A program made the position numbers and the translations under genes. Positions 23,001-27,032 of a DNA stretch of 64,000 nt are shown piece by piece; within the stretch, counting starts at the first letter, position 1; each line of letters opens with the position of its first letter. The stretch comes from Gammaproteobacteria bacterium. Lineage in GTDB: Bacteria; Pseudomonadota; Gammaproteobacteria; JAJDYQ01. The notes under the pieces are model-generated. The model saw nothing but the letters and a program-made list of their open reading frames with translations, was not told the origin of the DNA and did not search any database. Where the stretch lies: contig OZ243932.1 in NCBI GenBank assembly GCA_965214035.1, forward strand, positions 937,215-1,001,214. Direction: 5' to 3'.

Positions 23001-24842
23001 ACCGCGCCGCCGTTGCCGTTGCTCATTATTGATAATACGCCGGCATTGGTGCTCTCGACGACAGAGGTTCTGACCTTAGAGGTTCTGACCTTGCAGCCGG
23101 GGGGCAGCAGCAGCTACACGGTGGCACTGGCGATTGCACCGACCGCAGATGTGATCGTGACGGTGATGGGGCATGAGGACCCGGGTCTGACAGTGGCACC
23201 GGAAAGTCTGACATTCAGTATGGGTAACTGGAATATGGCACAGACCATCACGGTGACGGCGGGCACGGACAGCAATGCGTTGTCGAATCCGGTGATTCTG
23301 ACCCATATGGCATCGGGCGGAAACTATGACCGTGTGACGGCCCAGGTTGAGGTCCGTGTGGGCAGCACGGAGGCGATGCAGGCCGCACAGCAGATGTGGT
23401 TGCCACGCTTTGGTCTGACGGCGATTGAGCATATGCTGGGTGGTCTGCATCATCGTTTCACGGCATCAGACCAGCCGGGTCTGTCGGGTAATCTGAACGG
23501 TCTGCCGCGCGGTCAGTCATTCAATGCGGCGCGTTTGCTGTCCAGTCGCGGCGGCCCGGATGCCAGTGTGCTGGGCATTGAGCAATTGGGTGCCGGTTCG
23601 GCGGATCGTCCGCGCAAGCTGTCACGCACGCTGTCCTTGCCGAAGCTGTTGCCGTCCATGCTGCGCGGCAGTCATTTCACATTGAGTGACGAGGACGGTA
23701 CTTCGATCTGGGGGCGTGCCTCGTATTCGAGCTATAAAGACGCCGACGATGGTACTTCGATAGACGGCGAGGTCACCACGGCCATGCTGGGTGTTGACCA
23801 CAGCAGTGGTCGGACGCTGCTGGGTCTGGCGCTGGCTTACAGCGACAGTGATGGTGAATGGCAGGGGCAGGGTGAATCGGACAAAGGTGAGTTGTCCGGT
23901 ACGCTGGCCTCCCTGCTGCCGTACCTGCGTTATGACCTGACGGAGCGTCTGCAACTGTGGGGTGCGGCGAGCTATGGTCGAGGTGATCTGGAGCAGACTT
24001 CAGAGACCGGCAGCGGCATCGAGTCGGAGCACGATCTGGAGCAGGTATCGGCGACGCTGGGTCTGCGCGGTACGTTGCTGGATCGTCCGGTGGAAGAGGG
24101 CGGTTTGAGTCTGAGGCTGATTTCGGATATGACGCTGGCGCGTATCAAGTCGGATGATTCCAATGCTGGAGTGCCGGGAGTGCCGGGTATGACGTTGGAT
24201 ACACAGCGTTTCCGGATGGGTCTGGAATGGTCCTGGCAGTTGCCGGAAGGGGGCGGTATGCGCCTGACACCGGAGCTGGAACTGGGTCTGCGTTATGACG
24301 GTGGCGATACCAGTGAAGGCTTTGGTCTGGAGCTGGGCGGTGGCCTGAACTGGCAGTTACCGGCCCGTGGTTTGACCTTTGATGTGCGCAGCCGTTATCT
24401 GCTGGAGCATGAGGCCTCCGGGCGTGAGGAGTGGGGTCTGTCCGGTTCACTGCGTTACAAGGCACGGCCGGATTCGGCGCATGGTCCGTCGTTCAGTCTG
24501 CGCCATGAGTACGGCAATGCACCGGCGGCCAGTGGTCTGGATCGGTTGTTGTCGGACTCCCTGACAGATGCGTTGAAGGAAGACAACTCTCAAACCGCTG
24601 ATGTATCGAGCCGCTGGACGCTGAAAGGCGAGTGGGGTTTTGCCCTGATGGATGATGCCACCGGTATCCCCTATGCGAGTCTGTCGGCATCCGATGCGAA
24701 ACGTGATCTGACTCTGGGCTGGCGTCTGTTGTCGAACCCGGCTGGCCTGAAGTCGAAGCTGGATATCAAGGCCATCCGCCGCGAGCAGGATGATAATAAC
24801 CCGCGCCACAGCGTCGGCGCACAGTGGAAGCTGAATTGGTAG
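10992..24842 (+). CDS. Giant (~4616 aa) modular surface protein, copy 1. It has an extended signal region, dozens of Calx-beta-like and Ig-like ~100-aa repeats, and a C-terminal autotransporter-like beta-barrel domain.
   Basis: The ATG at 10992 has an SD (GAGAGGG) 8 nt upstream. The signal peptide is MVSLLGLPLLFGLATQAVAQ. Repeats include GTATRGTDYTL motifs. The C-terminus (MQAAQQMWLPRFGLT...AQWKLNW) is shared by all three copies. Confidence 0.85.
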   Translation: MPAVDAGRSAVHSCREAGASEPPGRLTRRSFSDSFHSVTARTAGWLRRAAMVSLLGLPLLFGLATQAVAQTVPTLKVEGDFSVTEGDSGTITLTLSQAASGTITFTTGSYLTDCDTHNCPTDISGASASDFSSGTGSTRTITFNIGDTTKSLTFMTTEDSAIESTEIFSIGIVDLASSEATIDPGTPADRIFFGTFMSWWVRILDDDAPPMISIAGGSPATEGAGTLTYTLTANKPPATDLTINLTVSEDETDGQNFVAAGDENSQAVTFPAGTTAASYTIPITDDEVDEARGEVTVTINDGTGYTAGTDTVTITVRDDDRTIVTLAENPAGDLDEGARKQITLTLNRPLVSGETQVLSLELGGTATVNTDYTLAGIPADGVRYEDLASGNPGIVFTGQTSGSATTATLTVTAIADGISDPGEVITMEFATSELVSPDGDAGIQDARGGGPVSATRTIAFRITEQPALVLNPSMLTIDEGDTATYIVSLATQPNASVAITVSGQADTDLTLSGDTLSGDTLSFTMMNWNQPQTITVTAGSDDDAQSDDPIALLHTATGGNYAGVTGEVTVTITEDDTAGITVQPTTLAVDEGGTNNYTVVLTSAPAGEVIIEVRPGTVATVDNDMLTFAQSNWNQAQTVTVTGMDDAVYNAGDARSGTITHTIGTADGGAYTTDLELDSVTVTVTDDDNPTLTVSLPNGETTIEEGSGFTRVRITADPEPGAGDSSRLINQDPSNDLSNVLFFSPGYGWSSFRAPDTSFDPDIDFEFNIADNDNDQPNGTLTIDVSVLRGFAAGSPSMVTLTIIDNDPTEVSLIRTGSTGAIDEGGTVAFTVQLSRALVAGEIIDVPLVIDGTGVTPADWSLSATGTGVVLSNENTMTPLLRFENAGAQTAELTLTAISDNTVEGGGSETYVIDLGLGLVISPDELNGIDQGSLNTNVGGGADPHSGSNTFSVQVDDPTLTVSLPNGETTIEEGGSSITARFTANPPVAQSLGIPSNFRTLTTGYTSFTSLEDDSLVRPVDIGYFIDENNMDQPNGTLTIHVSDSRFAAGSPSMVTLTIIDNDPTEVSLIYTGSTGAIDEGQAVTFTVQLSRALIAGEIIDVPLAIDGTGVTPADWGLTEQAGIANTGVSLHDTDTAVPFIRFSGAGAETALLQLAAALDDTDEGGSETFMIALGQDGSTTNGFDLPGRATNVGGGADPDGDNNRFELVVNDEGSTVLSIGIDSVTDAEGDAGETTFKTVTVSLSRPYSRDLVVNVRRSGSATRGTDYELVGTGDNNALINFNPVRRFTITAGATSVQFRIRVIGDTVFDIDETVVLTLIGLTTGISEAVTDVVISNIVGAVTHTIENDDPGGKVTVSRSALSMEEADGAASYTLVLDSQPGDEIILTVAGGEADTATVNTTGGMAGIEQTLTFTTMNWDQAQTVLVAAVNDDEDNAGGSRRLTLTHTITTGDDAGYSTGLPVDAVVVTVVDDDRTIVTLDENPAGDLDEGASKQITLTLNRGLVNGEELVVPLTFGGDATRGTDYTLMEVAANGVSYANLTGSDDPAVTFIGPSSGTTAMTATLTLRAIADSTSDPGESVTIVPGTLTDTSLDGGGTVTGSLAFNIIERVALILGPDRLMVSEGMQTASYTIRLASEPTAPVTVVVTGYVGTGLTLDNDELIFTAANWNIARQVTLTTAAMDSDLAGSTLQLRHTASGGNYLSVTADLSVTLLDDTAGVVVMPSGDNTLVSEDGARTDDYTLRLSTQPVGDVVVRATAGTGLSVNDAAAADLTFTATNWNQAQTVTIAGIDDDIASGALRTVSVTHTIVNSADSGYPEDALRIANLDVMLIDDDTAGLLLSSSDLTLSEGDTISYTVRLTSQPTAVVSVTITSDNEDLTAGNTPLMFSTDNWSMPQTVLLTANADDDSDDEQAQLTHRVAGGDYGAISEVISVRITDRSAGVDITQSGGNTIVREDGGEDSYTLVLNAAPRGDVTLTVTAAAGITVDTDSLTFTTGNWQTPQPVTVTGVNDDLDNPDDGREVMIRHAVSGAGDSAGYTPALSIAPVSVTVLDDDTAGLRFSRSVLAVVEGGSTSYGVRLTSQPTAVVTVTIASDNGDLTAGNTPLMFSTDNWPMPQTVTVTAGTDSDMDNNDVALSHTATGGGYNSVSATLGAMLLEGGTASVSIVQSDGRTIVTEGVSTDFYEVVLNTAPDRDVTVRVSADSGVTVNGAATLDLVFTPTNWHEAQPVMVAAVDNNADDGVRTADISHILSVGDNNDYDRTLTIAGVTVTVNRDPDDSRGRLVTLSGGDQEGSTRSFNFVFESSPGRSLGADEVMTLPLIPGGDAVRGQDYQVRCERNPAGRGSHPAVSCVESTDGQLMFILDGTQISPGRRTFRFTLPLEVELLEDNMAEPVETLTLRLGENGQDFRIPIMDAPSTVSVEFNKSIYRNNENFHSITLILEISPLLGRAIDLPLLFIDGTAQAGSDFEPISSTVLNFTSEGRAFFAITLLDDQIAEGDERFTVVIDETRLPDFITVGTNAAATVIMTDNDERGLVFDSDTLTLAEGGTGSYTVRLSSQPTDEVAVVIAGQAGTDLMLDRDILTFTTANWNQAQMVTVMAEDDDDGDADRIVLVHTASGGDYGLTARVQADIIDREAPEVRLNKEAITVSEGGSGDSYTLVLHTEPAGTVTVTLAPAAGITVQPGSVTFTVDNWNTPQAVTVTGVNSDEIDRGDRTVTIVHTITATDDADDYPEDLRIDPVRVTIEEDDEAGVMIVESGDRTAVSEDGGIRDDYTVVLTSQPAARVVVTATAAAGVSVDTQSLSGVQNTLTFTTLNWQSPQTVTVTGVDVDTVDRGDLDVSITHAITTTAGGYVKELSIDSVPVQVIDNDAANRLLFELVDPAADVLVTEGSEVAYTMQLVGQPLADVTVDISGHDGTDVTPAPTRLTFTTQNWNAGQTVTLTVAADDSGDGERVTLTHRASGGGYDGTEVALEVAITDSDISGVSISKDTLVAIENEAVTDSYTVVLDIPPAGDVTIQGEIPIQGGTLDIRLVFTTVNWNQPQTVSIFGSIFLADNIDNPGGERTATTIMHTVTSTDSGYDGIEVDDVTVTVTDVDPTTVTLSGAALDVVEGTERTLTVSLERALVAGEVLPVPLTFAGTATRGTDYTLEGVPATGIGYENLNSGNAQVTFTGGTGAVGTATLTFRATPDADDEGSGETVTIGLGTLDENSGTGLNGGGTGTSSLAPFRIIEKPMINIAGGPAVTEGGSVTFTLTASEAPLSDLTINLMVTDAVHSDFLAAARGGRQSITFVGGTTSVSYEIPTLADIDDEAGGTVMVALLDGDGYVAGSAPSATTMVNDDDATTVTLAGTDDDVGEGARKELTVTLSRGLVAGEVLPVALSFAGTATRGTDYTLMETVANGVSYANLNGGGSATVTFTGPAAGVGVTEARLSLRAELDGTTEGLETVIIGLGTLDADSGTNLGGGATGVDELGDFQIQETPEIVLERNSLMLTEQGSATYTVGLSVSPTADVTVRITGQVDTDLQVDADTLIFSQTNWSTARTVTLMAVSDTDSEDEAPVMLRHTATGGNYGLAIMRTVTVSIADNTPGLVLSTGSLDMEENEAESYTIRLAIRPMADVTVSVSSGDAPRLRVTGGDSLTFTPTNWNRAQSVTVMAEDDDDSDANQVTLTHTADAGYGSVTGDITVDIADDDIPRVVLGVDELTVIEGGSASYTVELGTRPSGNVTIALSGQGSTLRPDRSELTFDAGNWGQAQTITLTAVMDSNTTHDQVTLIHTASGYSAAPADLPVTITDSTPQLSFSQTTFNLDEGDSTTYTLELSAEPVGTVTVTLSGHERTELTPEPTELTFTQDNWSEAQAITLTAGTDSNSVDETITLTHSADAGYGAVTEEVTVTVRDADTPRLILNTDELIEGGSATYRVTEQGSATYTVRLGTQPRVDVTVTLTGHEGSDLVPTPARLVFGRDNWNRAQQVTLTARDDDDSVNDAVTLSHRASGGAYAGVTAPPLPLLIIDNTPALVLSTTEVLTLEVLTLQPGGSSSYTVALAIAPTADVIVTVMGHEDPGLTVAPESLTFSMGNWNMAQTITVTAGTDSNALSNPVILTHMASGGNYDRVTAQVEVRVGSTEAMQAAQQMWLPRFGLTAIEHMLGGLHHRFTASDQPGLSGNLNGLPRGQSFNAARLLSSRGGPDASVLGIEQLGAGSADRPRKLSRTLSLPKLLPSMLRGSHFTLSDEDGTSIWGRASYSSYKDADDGTSIDGEVTTAMLGVDHSSGRTLLGLALAYSDSDGEWQGQGESDKGELSGTLASLLPYLRYDLTERLQLWGAASYGRGDLEQTSETGSGIESEHDLEQVSATLGLRGTLLDRPVEEGGLSLRLISDMTLARIKSDDSNAGVPGVPGMTLDTQRFRMGLEWSWQLPEGGGMRLTPELELGLRYDGGDTSEGFGLELGGGLNWQLPARGLTFDVRSRYLLEHEASGREEWGLSGSLRYKARPDSAHGPSFSLRHEYGNAPAASGLDRLLSDSLTDALKEDNSQTADVSSRWTLKGEWGFALMDDATGIPYASLSASDAKRDLTLGWRLLSNPAGLKSKLDIKAIRREQDDNNPRHSVGAQWKLNW

Positions 24843-24850
24843 GAAGTCCG

Positions 24851-24927
24851 TAGCCGGCTCTTCTCTCTGCCGGCTGTTGCGGGGCCGGATTCCATCCACA
24901 TTGTCACCGGCTTCGCTTTTTTATGGC
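24851..24927 (+). terminator. Stem-loops plus a T6 run downstream of giant gene copy 1 (candidate intrinsic terminator).
   Basis: The hairpin AGCCGGC-N10-GCCGGCT is followed by GCGGGGCCGG...CCGGCTTCGC-TTTTTT. The copy-2 homolog is a perfect 10-bp stem. Confidence 0.4.
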
Positions 24928-25014
24928 TCCAACCGTCCATGCCTGACACGCTCAGGCATAGGCGGCAGGCTGTCCAGATTGCCCGACTGGCTCAGAGATA
25001 TATTGCCTCGTGAA

Positions 25015-25252
25015 TCAGGCTGATATTACGACGCAAAAGGAATTTCTCAGGTTGTGGTTGGCTTCGCATAACTTATCCAGTAGTTCAGGGGTCGATATTT
25101 CACATACTGTCGCCGTCTCTAATGCCATAACGGTGGAATTGGGACATATACTCCCAGCCCATCCAGACCCATAATCTCGCCGGGCAGGTAAAAGCCGGTT
25201 ATCTGCTCCCGGCCCTGCTCGTTAATGATGAATGTTTTATAAGAACCTGAGC
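25015..25252 (-). pseudogene. Decayed FNR/CRP-family regulator remnant (internal frameshift, both ends lost).
   Basis: The translated pieces are FIINEQGREQITGFYLPGEIMGLDGLG and ALETATVCEISTPELLDKLCEANHNLRNSF. They match the E. coli FNR segments [24 protein letters not shown] and [29 protein letters not shown]. Confidence 0.5.
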
Positions 25253-25311
25253 TGACAGCGAAAATCCTTCATGATGCTGCTTTCTGCATTAGGATAGCCA
25301 TATCCGTTTGA

Positions 25312-26100
25312 ATGGTTATCCAGAACATGGTTTTGCCTCCAAAACGACAGGGCCGCTCGCTTTCCGAATGGTTTCAGACAACAGCAGGAGCAGACTTACT
25401 GGAAAAGGAAAATACCCTGTTGAAGAAAGTCCTGCCGGAGCTGTTTGGCTATCATCTACTGTGGACCGGGGAAGGGAATTATTGGTCGGGTGTTGCAGCT
25501 TCATCGGTCGCACACCATGTCCGCCTGCAGGCACCGGATAAATCCGCTGCCAAAGATTGTGATGTCATCGGCAGCCATACCAGCCTGCCTGTTCAGCGGG
25601 ACAGCATTGATGTTGTCATTCTGCCGCATCTTCTGGAGTATGACCGACACCCACATGCGATCCTGAGAGAGGCCGAACGTGTACTCCATCCAAACGGCCA
25701 TATCATCATTCTGGGATTTAATCCGGTCGGCTATCATGGGTTCTGCCGGGTATTATCCGGATTCCGGGGTAATATGCCGTGGCAGGGACATTTTTATCAT
25801 CCCTTGCGCATCCGAGACTGGCTTAAATTGCTTGGTTTTGTTGTTAAGTCAGTAAGTTACACTGCTTTTTTACCGTCAATTCGATATGGAAAAATGGCCC
25901 GATGCAGCAGATTTATTGAAAAGGCGGGGCAGGGGATGCTTGCGCCGTTGAGTGGTGTGTATATGATCACCGCTCGTAATTTGATCGTTGCCTCCAATGT
26001 GATCAAGCCTGGGCGGAGCAGGAAAAAGGCGGTTCTTGATGGGGTGGTAGAACCGACAACCCGCATCTGTTTGCCGAATAAGCGGCTCCGGGAAGTATGA
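25312..26100 (+). CDS. Class I SAM-dependent methyltransferase, YafS-like (duplicate copy).
   Basis: The product is 262 aa and carries the MTase motif [11 protein letters not shown]...[13 protein letters not shown]. It is 98-99 percent identical to 35770..36558. Confidence 0.7.
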   Translation: MVIQNMVLPPKRQGRSLSEWFQTTAGADLLEKENTLLKKVLPELFGYHLLWTGEGNYWSGVAASSVAHHVRLQAPDKSAAKDCDVIGSHTSLPVQRDSIDVVILPHLLEYDRHPHAILREAERVLHPNGHIIILGFNPVGYHGFCRVLSGFRGNMPWQGHFYHPLRIRDWLKLLGFVVKSVSYTAFLPSIRYGKMARCSRFIEKAGQGMLAPLSGVYMITARNLIVASNVIKPGRSRKKAVLDGVVEPTTRICLPNKRLREV

Positions 26101-26146
26101 GCAAAGTAGAAATTTTTGTCGATGGTGCCTGTCGCGGTAATCCCGG
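26097..26146 (+). pseudogene. rnhA: 5' stub of rnhA (the first ~17 codons, [17 protein letters not shown]), cut off at the duplication junction.
   Basis: The stub is identical to the start of the intact rnhA at 36555. It then runs into antisense ppc sequence. Confidence 0.75.
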
Positions 26147-26470
26147 CCACGACGCTCCGCTGCGGCCGGCCATAGCTCGTTGGCGGTGCATAAAAGACTC
26201 CTCGGCGATATGCAGCAGGCCGAAAAAGACCGTATAGGCCCGGATTACACGCGACAACAAACCCGGCTCAAGCCGGCGGATACGGCGCATCAAACGCCGA
26301 CGCAAGGCCGGATCATCTTTTTTCCGCAGTTTGCTGAAACCGCGGCGCAAAGACTGCACCGTCTTCAAAACCTCAGACTCCTCCTGAGAACTCAATACAT
26401 GACCGAGCACATCCCCGAACAGTCGCACCCGACTGCGCAATACCTTGTCATACCTCAACTCAATAGCCAT
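26147..26470 (-). pseudogene. ppc: Duplicated 5' fragment of ppc (first 108 codons). In the ORF track it is part of the chimeric ORF 26003..26569.
   Basis: ~98 percent nt identity to 10159..10482. The fragment retains the ppc promoter region. Confidence 0.8.
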
Positions 26471-26801
26471 AAAAGCAACCCGTGCGACACCGATCCACCG
26501 ATAAAACAGCGCATTATAACCGGCAAAATCCCTCCATAAAGGCAGCCGTGACCACAAACCCCGACCCAATACACCATAAATTTCGACAAAAAATACAATT
26601 TATGCTAAAAAAGGCTGTTTTTTGCTGACCGGCTGCTATAATTCAGGAAACAAAGGCCAACTGAACCGCTTGCCAGTGATGGCAGGCTGATTCAAGATAA
26701 GCCCAACCCTGTCAGCAGGCACGGTATCCGGCCCTTGCAACGGATACCACAAACAGTAACCGATAATTGGAAATTGATGAAAACACGCGACGGAGAATAA
26801 C

Positions 26802-27032
26802 ATGAAATCTGGACAAAAATGGATTCTGAACAGCAACAAGGGTCATGCCGTGATATGCAAAATCATCACAGTCATAAACAATGCCTTGCGACCGGCAGGC
26901 ATCGATATTGACCTGTGTAAAAATACAGCCCCCCCCCCCCCCCCCCCAAATGGGAGGGTATATCTGATGCCGGCCGCTCTGCGGTGCATTCCTGTCGCGA
27001 GGCAGGTGCCTCTGAGCCTCCTGGCTGGCTGA
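26802..27032 (+). CDS. Upstream leader ORF (76 aa) of giant gene copy 2. It reads through the poly-C as Pro codons and through the ancestral start ATG.
   Basis: GGAGAATAAC-ATG context. It is in frame with the ATG at 26967 and stops at 27032, because of the missing 13-bp unit. Confidence 0.3.
   Translation: MKSGQKWILNSNKGHAVICKIITVINNALRPAGIDIDLCKNTAPPPPPPNGRVYLMPAALRCIPVARQVPLSLLAG
26929..26947 (+). repeat. Homopolymeric tract of 19 C, followed by only 3 A, upstream of giant gene copy 2.
   Basis: Counted directly in the sequence. Confidence 0.95.

Noticed and set aside
11600-23300. CRISPR-like regular periodicity (~300-bp units) in the DNA.
   Set aside because: The periodicity comes from degenerate coding domain repeats. 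There are no short, exactly conserved direct repeats separated by unique spacers, and no cas genes are present.
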